Positions 47,555 to 59,924 of a DNA stretch of 64,000 bases are shown here, piece by piece (position 1 is the first letter of the stretch; each line of letters opens with the position of its first letter). The DNA comes from Macrostomum hystrix (lineage: Eukaryota; Animalia; Platyhelminthes). The stretch is from assembly GCA_950097015.1 (NCBI GenBank), contig CATNEN010000024.1, forward strand, positions 496,001 to 560,000, given 5' to 3'. The notes below the pieces were generated by a model. The model saw only the letters and a list, made by a program, of their open reading frames with translations. It did no database searches and was not told where the DNA came from. The translations under genes were made by a program, and so were the position numbers.

Positions 47555-47790
47555 TTAAAATCATCAGGCAAGGTCATTCTTAGAATCATCAGGCAAGGTC
47601 ATTCTTAGAATCATCTGGTAAGGCCATTCTTAGAATCATCTGGTAAGGTCATTCTTAGAATCATCTGTTAAGGTCATTCTTAGAATCATCTGGTAAGGTC
47701 ATTCTTAGAATCATCTGGTGAGGTCATTCTTAGAATCATCTGGTAAGGTCATTCTTAGAATCATCTGGTGAGGCTATTTTTAGAATAATC
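47555..47790. repeat. 25-bp minisatellite (AAGGTCATTCTTAGAATCATCTGGT)
   Basis: Tandem; intronic. Confidence 0.92.
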
Positions 47791-47897
47791 TGTTACTAAA
47801 CCAAAACTCCTATAGATGATATTACTAATGAGCGTGGTTTTGAGTGATGACAAGAAGATGTCAAACCAGTGCAATCAAGCCCCAGGCTGTGTCTCAC

Positions 47898-48184
47898 AGC
47901 GGCAGCCTCCATGACGGCCAGGCACGGCTCCTCTGGGCAGACGGCGAGCAGGCGGAGCACGCAGGGATCCGACGCGCATTCTCTGTAGGCCTGCAGGTCG
48001 GCCAGGAAGTGGCGCCGATTCCTGCCCCGACAATCGCCGTTGGTGAGCAGCCGGACAATGACCCGGTCGCGGAGGCTCTCGCCGTAGCGGGTGCAGTCGG
48101 CCTGCACCACCGGGCCAAACCAAGCAGAGCCAATTTCCCACAGAAAGTACAGGTGCTTCCGGTCCATGCGGAGCGGGTCGGGAG
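47898..48184 (-). CDS. LMTK/AATK-like kinase exon 3 (EIGSAWFG, VIVR)
   Basis: DRKHLYFLWEIGSAWFG resembles the LMTK N-lobe; phase 1/0. Confidence 0.88.
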
Positions 48185-48218
48185 CTGCAGGTTGGAATGT
48201 TGAATTGAGGCCACTCAT

Positions 48219-48374
48219 CAACTCGGCTACATGTCAACTCGGCTACATGTCAACTCGGCTACATGTCAACTCGGCTACATGTCAACTCGGCTACATGTCA
48301 ACTCGGCTACATGTCAACTCGGCTACATGTCAACTCGGCTACATGTCAACTCGGCTACATGTCAACTCGGCTAC
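48219..48374. repeat. 16-bp minisatellite (CAACTCGGCTACATGT)
   Basis: Tandem; intronic. Confidence 0.95.
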
Positions 48375-48434
48375 TCGTCGCTTCTTACTAAATTGCTCAA
48401 CTCTCAAACCCAGGACTCAACCCTCGTGACTCAC

Positions 48435-48732
48435 CGAGGATCACGCCGGACGGCGGAGCGGCCTCCGGGCTTGCCAGGCGCACTCGCGGCCTCAAAAACT
48501 TCGCCGCCGGCTCCTGCATGACGGCCGTCGGATCCGTCAACAGCTGGCAACTCGGCCATCGACCGCCAACTCCCTGACCGAAGCCACCGATGCTGTTGCC
48601 TGCAGTCAGTGCATGGAAGAAGTCAGCAGATGCAACCGCCGCCGACGAGGCCTCAATTGATGGCGGCAGAAACGGAAATGTCGGCGTGGGCGCCTGAGTC
48701 TGAATTGGAGACTCCTGCTGCGGTACGAACAC
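48435..48732 (-). CDS. LMTK/AATK-like kinase exon 2 (juxtamembrane linker)
   Basis: CGCAG acceptor, GTGAGT donor, phase 0/1. Confidence 0.75.
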
Positions 48733-48802
48733 CTGCGTGAGGGATTTTATATTTTTATCACGACTGTTGGAGAACATTACATTAGTAAAGTAGCGAAATT
48801 AC

Positions 48803-48946
48803 CTTGTACTTCTTGGACTTAACACACCGCGATACACATAGAACAATTATCAGGGCAAAGAACAGAAGGGAGCAAATTGAGATCGCTAGCATTAGAGCAC
48901 TGGATATTTGCAGAGATGCAGGAGCTGTAGACTCCAGTGACAACAT
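48803..48946 (-). CDS. LMTK/AATK-like kinase exon 1 (N-terminal TM; 506 aa joined)
   Basis: ATG, hydrophobic LMLAISICSLLFFALIIVLCV then basic KSKKYK; donor AAG|GTAATT, phase 0. Confidence 0.75.
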
Positions 48947-50605
48947 TACCGCGTTAATTAACGAGACAGTTTTCACAGTGTTAAAGCATATATGCTTTGA
49001 ATAAAATATTAAATAAAATAATTTCTATTAAAAAAGTAATTTTTTGCTAATACCACATTGTACAGTAGACTGCGATGTAAAAATAATATTTGGTAAAAAT
49101 TTGTAAAGTATAGTTATCGTCACAAGGAATATGGAAACAGCATGTAATCTCGTTATATTACAATTACAACTAGAAAGAGAAAGGAAGTTCGCTTAGAATG
49201 CCAATGACAGGAATCTAAAATTCACTATATCGCCTCGTCTGCTCAAAAATGGCTTACTGTTGAAGTGGAAAAGAGACGGAAATATAAAGAATTAGTCATT
49301 CACATATTGATCTGATCTTGCAATCGATAAAAGTTAATGTAACCTTAAAACTGTTGTTTGATACTACAACGAATTCGCGAGGTTTATTTACGACAGAGAA
49401 AAAACTGTTTGATGACTAAAGTGATAATAAAATAGTTTTAAAAAATTTAAAGCTTAGTCATCAAACATTTAGTTATAATGCACGCATTTTTTTCGATTTA
49501 TGAAATTCTTCGAAAAAAGATAAATTGAATCAGAAAATCTAGGCTGGATGGACGGCAGTGATTGGCATATTTTTTTTCTATTTGTCCTGACATTTTTACA
49601 CAACTTCTTTGACGTTTTATTACTTCGGTGTATACCGGCATTTGATTATTTCAAAATATTTTTATTTTTATATATCATCATATTTTATTCTTACATTAAA
49701 AGGGTCTACAGCTTTGAGTCTAAAAAACAAAAAGTGTGGATTTGTAAACCGTTTCGATTCCGTGTGTCAGCAACGAAACGAATATCAATATTTTGACTAA
49801 TATTAGTTTATTTTCCTGAACCCGGCGACAAACAGATTATTTGAAAGTAATTTTACTTTTGCTTTCTAAATTTTGTATTAAGAGTGGCACACACAAACTT
49901 GTAGTTTAAAGTATTGTTGCTTGTTTGTAGTTCTGTGAGGATTATGACAGCTACAATAATATTTAATAAAGCTCTAAATGTATTATATTGGTACTAAGTA
50001 ACTAAAGTTTTCGCCTTTAGTTATATACCTAACTAGTGATGTTTTGCAAGACCATGCATTTTACTTTATTATACGCCCTAGTACTAGCATTTGATTCTGT
50101 AAAATATTGTATAAGTTTTGATTACAATCGTTTAAAAAATTTTCTAAAAGCATAGCTAGCATTAACTTTTCTGTATAAAGTTTACACTTTCAAAGTTGCA
50201 TGAATAAATTATGATGGACAATCCAAGTGTCTAAACCTCTAGAAGAATTTTAATGTATAAAAAACTTTGATATTTGGCTCCTATTGTCTATCTATGAAAT
50301 AGCCTGTTTATGCCATTTTGAAACATGCTAACCAAATTGTAATGAATCTGACTGCATTTGGTTTAATATATAAATATATAAAGCATGCAATCTTAGTTTC
50401 AAAAATATAAGTATATATTGTTAAACAGTTTTATTTTATTTAACTGGTTTATTTTTAAATTAAATTTTTGTAATTGAACTGTTTAATTTGTCTCATTCCA
50501 GCTTACCTACTATGGCCATGCAAGCTTGGTGTCTATCAGCTAGCAACTAAAGGCTAACAAGAGCACCTTCAGAGCTACAGTCTATATTCACCACAGTCTG
50601 TACAA

Positions 50606-50750
50606 ATGTCTAGCTTGCTAGAAGATCGCCTAACAAATATTTACCACTTTGAGTGCTCTTACAAAGGCAACCCCTGTACACTCACACTAAACCTACATGA
50701 CCAGTTTCTGTCTTGGCGCGCTCAAGCTGCCTGCTCTGTTACTGGAACAG
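50606..50750 (+). CDS. CERK: Ceramide kinase exon 1 (514 aa joined)
   Basis: ATG, PH-like start; donor CAG|GTATTA, phase 1. Confidence 0.65.
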
Positions 50751-50850
50751 GTATTATTTACCTCTTCATGATATTTATTGTCATAGTTCAATTTCATTGT
50801 CAGTAGTATGTGCTTCCGTTTTTTAGCTTAGTGTACTTTTTTACACTAAA

Positions 50851-51156
50851 GGAGTTTTAGCCTAGTGGTTAGAGCGTCGGACTTATGACTAGAAGGTCGC
50901 GGGTTCGATTCGTGCCTCTACTGGAACAATTTGTGTCCTTTAGCAAGACACTTGCTAAATGATACTCTGAATTGCTCTAGTTCACCCAGCTTATAAATGG
51001 GTACCAGCTTAGCTGGGGTAATTGAGGGTGGGTGTGGCGTCCTCCAGTCCATGGACTGAACAGCCGTACGCAGCCTTCAGATGCGCCGCGCAATAGCTGC
51101 GTCTGTGCCGTGGGCTGCACATGTGACCCGATCGGGGCAGGTGTAATCAATTATTA
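50851..51156 (+). mobile_element. SINE family A (CORE-like) copy in CERK intron 1
   Basis: Matches the 30032 element across head, CORE and tail. Confidence 0.9.
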
Positions 51157-52199
51157 AAAAAGGTTTTTGTACTTTTTTAAGCCTAACAACTTTTCGTCTT
51201 ATGAAATGCAGCTTAGGGGTACCGAAATATTGTTCATTGTTTTTTTCTGAACCTAGTAGTCTGGGTAATAAGAACTATATTTTTCATTGATTTAATAAAA
51301 ATCAATATAGAGGCTCTATCGAACTTGCGCAACTCATAGTGCGAATAATCTATGTAAGAGGACTAGTTTATTGAATTTTAGTCCTTCTGTTAGCATTCGA
51401 CCAAACGGAAATGAACTTTGCCTGGGGGTACTGGACCTGAGGGTATGCGCGTACTGAGGGTACCTGAGGGTGCGCCGACTGTCAATTTGAAGTGCACGCA
51501 TACTCAGCTGCATGGGACACCCACCCCACATTTTCCACCCGCGGCTTGCTTTGCTTATTCTGAAAGCACGAGTGTCTGTTTGGCTTGCTTGTGTGTGCGT
51601 GCCTTAGTAGGGAGGGTAGACTTTTCCACAGTTCTAAAAACATTATTCGTTCACGACAGTCACCTCTTTATATTTCTTGGCTCTTTTTATAAACTTTTCT
51701 TGTTCCAAAACGAAAACTAGCAGATATTTTTTATCTAATTTATTTACAGTCACTTTCTGCAACAGCCAATTTACGTCCTATAAAATTAAGTTTAGGAAAA
51801 ACTAGCAACTTAAAATGTGATTATCTGTTGCTTCACAGTGGGAGTGTTGCCTTGGAAACCAATCTAATTAATCGATTCCACCTGCCCAGCTAGTTGAAAT
51901 TCAACACTGTTGACTTTCAACCAAATCTTGTTTATATAGCTAGGAAATGTATTGAGAAGAGAGTGAATCGGAAAGCGAAGGAATGCTAAGTCTTGTAGCT
52001 TTGCTTTGACAAAAAGCAAGCCTCTTATTGCTTCTCTGCTTGTGAGCGTATATTAATTAGGTTATTATGTAATAGTAATTGATTACACCAGCCCCCATTG
52101 GGGGATCTGTAATCTGGATCTGTTTGCAACAGTGAAGATCTGTAATTGACTTGTCACAAAAACCTAATATTTAGTAACATTACGCAGAAGCGCAGTAAA

Positions 52200-52742
52200 G
52201 TATCAGTGGATGATGTAAATGACACACTGAAGTATCAGTGGATGATGTAAATGACACACTGAAGTATCAGTGGATGATGTAAATGACACACTGAAGTATC
52301 AGTGGATGATGTAAATGACACACTGAAGTATCAGTGGATGATGTAAATGACACACTGAAGTATCAGTGGATGATGTAAATGACACACTGAAGTATCAGTG
52401 GATGATGTAAATGACACACTGAAGTATCAGTGGATGATGTAAATGACACACTGAAGTATCAGTGGATGATGTAAATGACACACTGAAGTATCAGTGGATG
52501 ATGTAAATGACACACTGAAGTATCAGTGGATGATGTAAATGACACACTGAAGTATCAGTGGATGATGTAAATGACACACTGAAGTATCAGTGGATGATGT
52601 AAATGACACACTGAAGTATCAGTGGATGATGTAAATGACACACGGAAGTATCAGTGGATGATGTAAATGACACACTGAAGTATCAGTGGATGATGTAAAT
52701 GACACACTGAAGTATTAGTGGATGATGTAAATGACACACGGA
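52200..52742. repeat. 32-bp minisatellite x~17
   Basis: GAAGTATCAGTGGATGATGTAAATGACACACT. Confidence 0.96.
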
Positions 52743-52800
52743 TGTATTATAATTGACATTGATATGAAGCAAACACACACATTAAATCTCAATTCCATAG

Positions 52801-53206
52801 GCGCGCAGTACAAGCTGGATGAAGTGCTCCATGCTCACGTATCAGCTGCAGATTTCAATGGCCAGAAGCAGCAGCAGCAGCAGTTAGAGATCGTCGCAGC
52901 CGTGCGAAGCGGCGACTGTCGCTGGCGCCTTCAACAGATCTGCCTAACCATATTGATGGACTGTTCCAGTCTGCTGAACCTCCTGACTCCAGCCCTGGAG
53001 GCTGCGGCGGCGAAGCATCGTCGGCCGCGCTCCCTGCTGGTGTTTGTCAATCCCGTCAGCGGAGGCGGCGGGGCTGTTCGACTCTGCGACCGGCTGCTCA
53101 GGCCGGCGCTGAGGCAGTGCCGCGTGGCAGTCACTGTTGTGCACACGGAGAGGCGCGGCCACGCCAGGGACTTCCTCATGCAGGAGAAGCTGCAGTCCTT
53201 TGACGG
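52801..53206 (+). CDS. CERK: Ceramide kinase exon 2
   Basis: RPRSLLVFVNPVSG and TERRGHA, DAGK-domain motifs; phase 1/2. Confidence 0.9.
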
Positions 53207-53244
53207 GTGAGCGGCTGGCCTGCGGTGGGACGGAAAGAAACCCC

Positions 53245-53620
53245 CATCATCCCAGATCCTCACGTACTTTCTGTCATCCCAGATCCTAAAGTACTTTCTG
53301 TCATCCCAGATCCTAAAGTACTTTCTGTCATCCCAGATCCTAAAGTACTTTCTGTCGTTCCAGATCGTTAAGTACTCTCTATCATCCCAGATCCTCACAT
53401 ACTTTCTGTCATCCCAGATCCTTAAATACTTTGTCATCCCAGATTCTTAAGTACTTTTTGTCATCCCAGATTCTTAAATACTTTCTGTCATCCCAGATCC
53501 TTAAGTACTTTTTGTCATCCCAGATCCTTAAGTACTTTTTGTCATCCCAGATTCTTAAGTACTTTTTGTCATCCCAGATCCACAAAAACTTTCTGTCATC
53601 CCAGATCCTCAAATACTTTC
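53245..53620. repeat. 27-bp minisatellite (TCATCCCAGATCCTAAAGTACTTTCTG)
   Basis: Tandem; intronic. Confidence 0.93.
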
Positions 53621-54162
53621 TATTCTCTCATATCCCCAGGTCATTATATACTCTCAGATCCCAGGTCATTCGATCCTCTCAGATCCTCAAATACTTTCCA
53701 TTCTTGTTGATCCTCAAATATTTATTTCGCTTCATGAATACTGTCAATATGACAAAAAAGTTGAATGTTTTGCATTCGCTACTATAAGTAAACTATCGAG
53801 GCCAAAAAGTTTTTTGTAAAAAACTGAAGGAGGAACCGATTTTTGTTGATTTTTAATTACAAAATTCAAATTTTAAATAATTTCAGATATTATATTTGTG
53901 TTCGTGTCAGGCATTAAGATTGGTCCAATTTTTGCTATAGAACGGCAAATACTGGGCGGTCTCCCGTGCGTGATTTTTCATCCTATCGCATATAACTTTA
54001 CTTTTTTATATTTTAGCCAACACTTTTGCCCATGCCTGTGTCATGCCATGCCATGCCTGCCCATCTCATACCACAGCTCCCTGATAATCTCATACCACAG
54101 CTCCCTGATAATCTCATACCACATATCCCTGATAATCTCGAATCTCTAACATCTGACCGCAG

Positions 54163-54308
54163 TATTGTCGGCGTTGGCGGCGACGGCATTCTGTCGGAGC
54201 TATTCCACGGCTTGCTACTGCGCAGGCGCCAGGATCATGGCTTGTCGGAGCACAGACTCGACGATCCGGAGCTGAAGCCTGAGCACACGCTAGGCATTGT
54301 GCCCGCGG
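54163..54308 (+). CDS. CERK: Ceramide kinase exon 3
   Basis: GIVGVGGDG ATP-binding motif, LGIVPAG; phase 2/1. Confidence 0.92.
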
Positions 54309-54802
54309 GTAGGTTGCTATGGGGAACTGTGTATATTTAATATTTAAATAAATGATTTAAATTTATAGGGATTACTGAAATTACTAAATTTTTGGGATTC
54401 CACGTGATGCCCTAAATGGATTCCCCATTATATCCTATTGGGACACCCCCTTTTACCCTTTTCGGATTCTCCCTTTTACCCTTTTGGGATTCCCCATTAT
54501 ACCTTATTGGGATTCTCCTTGATGCCCTAAAGGGATTCCCCAGGATATCTTATCGGACTCCTTATAATACCCAATAAAGATTCCCTGCTAAAACCTACTG
54601 GGATTCTCCATGTTACACTATTGAGATTCCCTACTATTCCATACTAGTATTCTCAATGATTATCTATACGAGTAAGCTTGTTCACTCCATGGGGATTCCC
54701 GCCCAAACGATTCCATTCAGATTTCTCCTTGAAATCACGATTCCCCTAAGCAACAGAATTTCTTGTATTACCTTGTGTTACAAAAATCTCGCCAAAACTC
54801 AG

Positions 54803-55100
54803 GCAGCACCGACACGGTGGTGCACTCAATCAACGGAACCAGCGACCCGATCACAGCAATCGTGCAGATCCTACTAGGCCGACGGGTGGCCATGGACATT
54901 GCCTCGGTGTATGATGAAGCCGGCCAGTTTCTCACCTATAATATCAGCCTGCTTGGCTACGGCTATTTCGGCGAGGTGGCCAGAGCTAGCGAGCCGCTGC
55001 GCTGGATGGGACCGGCCAGGTACGACCTGGTTGGCGCTCACCGGCTTCTCAGCCTGCGAACTCAGTCGCTTGAGATTAGCTTCCTGGAGGCCGACGTCAG
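54803..55100 (+). CDS. CERK: Ceramide kinase exon 4
   Basis: GSTDTVVHS, LLGYGYFGEV, LRWMGPARYD; phase 1/2. Confidence 0.92.
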
Positions 55101-55159
55101 GTGAGAAATTTGAGAGAAGTCCTACTTGGGGAATCCAGTTCAGGATGAAGAGAGACAGG

Positions 55160-55605
55160 AGTCACTTCCTCCTCCAGTCTGCTTCTGTTTAAACAGCCAC
55201 CCCCTCCTCTAGTCTTCCTCCATTAAGCAGCCACCCCTTCTCCAGTCTGCTTCTGTTTAAACAGCCACCCCCTCCTCTAGTCTTCCTCCATTAAGCAGCC
55301 ACCCCTTCTCCCGTCTGCTTCTGTTTAAACAGCCACCCCCTCCTCTAGTCTTCCTCCATTAAGCAGCCACCCCTTCTCCCGTCTGCTTCTGTTTAAACAG
55401 CCACCCCTCCTCCAGTCTTCCTCCGTTAAGCAGCCACCCCTTCTCCAGTCTGCTTCTGTTTAAACAGCCACCCCTCCTCCAGTCTTCCTCCGTTAAGCAG
55501 CCACCCCCTCCTCCTGTCTTCCTCCGTTAAGCAGCCACCCCCTCCTCCAGTCTTCCTCCGTTAAGCAGCCACCCCTCCTCCAGTCTTCCTCCGTTAAGCT
55601 GCCAC
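55160..55605. repeat. ~34-bp subunits alternating as a ~68-bp higher-order repeat
   Basis: GTCTGCTTCTGTTTAAACAGCCACCCC alternates with GTCTTCCTCCATTAAGCAGCCACCCC. Confidence 0.88.
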
Positions 55606-55679
55606 CTCTCTTTTCACACTATCTTTTTTGCAATTCTTTGAAATATTTAAACTATTAAATGCTTTCTTTTCCCGGAAAG

Positions 55680-56076
55680 ATCACACACTGTGTGCACTCG
55701 CGATTGCTCTGTGTGCTCGTACGACGCTGCCAGTCAACAAAACCAGGAGAAACAGCAGCAGAAGCAGCAGCCGCCGCTGCGACTTCGCACAGTCACAGGC
55801 CGTTTCGTGGCCGTCAACAGTTTTCTGATGCCCTGTAGGTCGACGAAGAGCGCTGCCGGCGCCGTGCCGTTTGCCCACCTGGGCGATGGCTGCACCGACC
55901 TGGTGTTAGTGCGCGACTGCAGCAAGGCGGAGTTCCTGCGGCACCTGTACCGTGTCAGCAGCTGCCCGGTGAGGTTGTCCGCCGCCGCTAGCCCGAGCCC
56001 CGCCAGTTCCGACTCGCTTTTGGAAGCGCCAACCCAGTTGCCGATGGAGCCGCAGTTTCAGATGGACTGCGTCCAG
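55680..56076 (+). CDS. CERK: Ceramide kinase exon 5
   Basis: CERK-specific CxxxCxxC (CTRDCSVC), AHLGDGCTDLVLV; phase 2/0. Confidence 0.9.
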
Positions 56077-56129
56077 GTAAAATTAGTTAGAAGCTTTTTC
56101 ATTTCTGAATTCCCTCTCTGAGATTAATT

Positions 56130-56380
56130 TCTGAACAGGATTCCCCATTTGATTCGCTAACAGGATTCCCCTTGGATTCTCTTACAGGATTCCCCTTGGA
56201 TTCCCTAACAGGATTCCCCTTGGATTCCCTAGCAGGAACACAGGATGCCCTCATTATCACTCACTGGAATCCTTTCAGGATTCCCCATCTAGATTCCCCT
56301 GGTTTCAGTCAAAGGATTCCCTATCAGGATTCCTAAACATGGTTCCCATTGGATTTACCAGGATTCCCCTTATTTCCCTA
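56130..56380. repeat. Degenerate CAGGATTCCCC repeats (same type at 54395-54740)
   Basis: Recurring GGATTCCC units in two CERK introns. Confidence 0.7.
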
Positions 56381-56479
56381 ACTCAATTAGCCCAGGATAA
56401 TGCTCCTTCAAGTCCTCCATCCTTTATTCTCAGCTGGGATCCTAGAACTGCATCTCACGCCCATCTCTGAATTTTCCAG

Positions 56480-56632
56480 GTCCACCGAGTTCGCCAGTTC
56501 ACCGTCCGCATCTTGGACAATCCGCCAGGCTCGGTGTGGAACTGCGACGGCGAGGTTCTGCGCCAGGCTGGCCTGACGGTGCGCGTTCACCGCCAGCTCT
56601 TGCAGCTGTTCGGCTGTCACGTGACTGTCTGA
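56480..56632 (+). CDS. CERK: Ceramide kinase exon 6 (terminal)
   Basis: SVWNCDGE, VRVHRQLLQLF; stop TGA. Confidence 0.92.
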   Translation, partial: VHRVRQFTVRILDNPPGSVWNCDGEVLRQAGLTVRVHRQLLQLFGCHVTV

Positions 56633-57024
56633 CATCTCTCAAGTATTCCACCTTACAGAGGTCTCAGAATTGATACCCGAGACCATTTTTTATATCCAAG
56701 CATCGGAAAGCTTTTTTGCTGTTTGTTTATTTATTTAATTTCCGTGCGACCTTCAATCACGTGACCAACCTGACCTAAGCTGTCAGTAGCGAACACTTAG
56801 ACATTGGGCTGCACTGACTGGCAGTATTCCTGAACTCTTCCTGCACTGCAACAGTTTTCTAGAACTTTTGTTTCGCATATAATTCTACAGTTTTTGTGCT
56901 ACACACCGCGCCATGACAGTAATTCAATTTTATTTAATTACAAATTCAACTCCAATTCTTGCAATAGCCAAGCCTTGCCCCATGCTTTGCGCATTGCTAG
57001 CTGTGCAAAATTAGACTATAGACT

Positions 57025-57578
57025 GCAGCTGATAGATTGATAGCGGTTGAGAGATTGATAGCAATTGACAGATTGATAGCAGTTGACAGATTGATAGCAG
57101 TTGACAGATTGATAGCAATTGACAGATAGATAACAGTTGACAGATTGATAGCAATTGACAGATTGATAGCAGTTGACAGATTGATAGCAGTTGACAGATT
57201 GATAGCAGTTGACAGATTGATAGCAATTGACAGATAGATAACAGTTGACAGATTGATAGCAATTGACAGATTGATAGCAATTGACAGATTGATAGCAATT
57301 GACAGATTGATAACAGTTGACAGATTGATAGCAATTGACAGATTGATAGCAATTGACAGATTGATAGCAGTTGACAGATTGATAGCAATTGACAGATAGA
57401 TAACAGTTGACAGATTGATAGCAGTTGACAGATTGATAGCAGTTGACAGATTGATAGCAGTGGACAGATTGATAGCAGTGGACAGATTGATAGCAGTGGA
57501 CAGATTGATAGCAGTGGACAGATTGATAGCAGTGGACAGATTGATAGCAGTGGACAGATTGATTGCAATTGACAGATT
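57025..57578. repeat. 18-bp minisatellite (TTGACAGATTGATAGCAG)
   Basis: Tandem. Confidence 0.95.
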
Positions 57579-58059
57579 AAATAGCTATTGCTGCAACAAA
57601 TCATCATATTTTTAGCCCTGAAATCCTGGTTTGCGTGACGAATTGGGCCCGTAAGAAAGATCATCTAGAAACTCAGTCAATTTTTGTTGCCTATCTTCTT
57701 ATTTAGGGCCCGTGTGTACTACTAACTCTAACATGTATATCAGTTTTGTACGTACATATCCAACGACTATTTTGGAATTCATCCAGTTATGGTTTTCTGG
57801 TTTACTTTTCAAAATGAAAATTACTTGTTTTTTCTATTTTTTATCTTGTGTGTTCGCGTATCTCTTGTGTTAGCTTTAGTTAACTATTACTTGCACATAC
57901 TAACCTTGCAACGGTGTGCTTCTCTGAGGGCTGGTTGTACTGCGAGAGAAAAATACTGCTTAAAAGATGAAGGAGAAATGTACCAGGGAGGAAAAAGGTG
58001 AGGGAGAAGGACTGAAAGAAAAAGTACGCCGAGGAGAAAAACGGGCATTAAGACTGGTA

Positions 58060-58595
58060 GGGGAATAACTGGTAGAAAGACTGGGAGAGGAAAGACGGGG
58101 AGGAGAATGACTGGGAGTATAAAGAATGGGAGAAAGACTGGGAGAGGAAAGACGGGGAGGAGAATGACTGGAAGTATAAAGAATGGGAGAAAGACTGGGA
58201 GTAGAAAGATTGGGAGGAGAATGACTGGGAGTATAAAGAATGGGAGAAAGACTGGGAGTAGAAAGATTGGGAGGAGAATGACTGGGAGTATAAAGAATGG
58301 GAGAAAGACTGGGAGTAGAAAGATTGGGAGGAGAATGACTGGGAGTATAAACAATGGGAGAAAGACTGGGAGTAGAAAGATTGGGAGGAGAATGACTGGG
58401 AGTATAAAGAATGGGAGAAAGACTGGGAGTAGAAAGATTGGGAGGAGAATGACTGGGAGTATAAAGAATGGGAGAAAGACTGGGAGTAGAAAGATTGGGA
58501 GGCGAATGACTGGGAGTATAAACAATGGGAGAAAGACTGGGAGTAGAAAGATTGGGAGGAGAATGACTGGGCGAAAGACTGGGAGCAGAAAGAAT
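58060..58595. repeat. 57-bp higher-order purine-rich repeat (30+27 subunits)
   Basis: Period 57 (58161, 58218, ...). Confidence 0.92.
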
Positions 58596-58895
58596 ACATT
58601 AGAGTTATGATAACTTTATTAATTTGGTCCAATTTTTCTAAGAAATACAGAAAAGTAAACAAAAGTTGGCGAACTGTAAGATACGTGATAGTATTACTTA
58701 CTTTAATATGCGTCAGTGAAGCAAATGATGGAGCGACTGTGTTATTTAGAGTTGCGAAATAAAAACCATATTATGTTTACACTTTTCTGTCCTTTTTTTC
58801 TTCTCGTTTATCAAACTTTATTATCCTAAAATGGTTTAATATTGTTTCTGTCTTGCAATGTTCCTTATTTATGGTGGGTCTGTTATAGAGTTTAC

Positions 58896-59450
58896 TAGCT
58901 GTGAGGGTAACCAGCTGAGAGGGTAACCAGCTGAAAGGGTAACCAGCTGAGAGGGTAACAAGCTGTGAGGGTAACCAGCTGTGAGGGTAACCAGCTGAGA
59001 GGGTAACCAGCTGTGAGGGTAACCAGCTGTGAGGGTAACCAGCTGTGAGGGTAACCAGCTGTGAGGGTAACCAGCTGAGAGGGTAACCAGCTGTGAGGGT
59101 AACCAGCTGTGAGGGTAACCAGCTGTGAGGGTAACCAGCTGTGAGGGTAACCAGCTGTGAGGGTAACCAGCTGAGGGGGTAACCAGCTGTGAGGGTAACC
59201 AGCTGAGAGGGTAACCAGCTGTGAGGGTAACCAGCTGAGAGGGTAACCAGCTGTGAGGGTAACCAGCTGTGAGGGTAACCAGCTGTGAGGGTAACCAGCT
59301 GTGAGGGTAACCAGCTGTGAGGGTAACCAGCTGAGGGGGTAACCAGCTGTGAGGGTAACCAGCTGAGAGGGTAACCAGCTGTGAGGGTAACCAGCTGTGA
59401 GGGTAACCAGCTGTGAGGGTAACCAGCTGTGAGGGTAACCAGCTGAGAGG
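58896..59450. repeat. 16-bp minisatellite (AGCTGTGAGGGTAACC)
   Basis: Tandem. Confidence 0.96.
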
Positions 59451-59924
59451 TTTTGCAATTCCTGAAAGACTTTTGTTTCAGTTATAAAGAAAGCGAAAAA
59501 TCGGTTGAATATTAAAAAGAAAAGCACTTATTAGTAACTGAGATATTAAATGTTTCAGACGTATCGTGAATGAAGAAAAAATATTATTAACAAGCGCATT
59601 GACATTTGGCATAGTCAGTGCGACATGCTAAATTATATTCTAAGAAACTTATTTGATGAAACTATTGGTTTTCGTGTATTGATGCTCAAAATAAATTAAA
59701 TTTTTTTTATCTATCTAAAAGTGCATGCCAATCGGTCAAATGAAAATTAAACGAGGTAAATCGGTCGTCTGTAATTATCAAATTGTAGCTCATCACTTTT
59801 GTAAACATTTATTTGCTGACATCCTTAACAGCTTTGATGACTGCCTATTGGCACTGATGACTAACCGAGCGGTTTGCTATCCTTTGCTGCTCGGCCATTG
59901 TCGTTTCCTGTATCTATCTCGTCT

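Noticed and set aside
57011-59527. ICQLLS, MTGSIKNG and AGYPHSW repeat ORFs
   Set aside because: Minisatellite translations.
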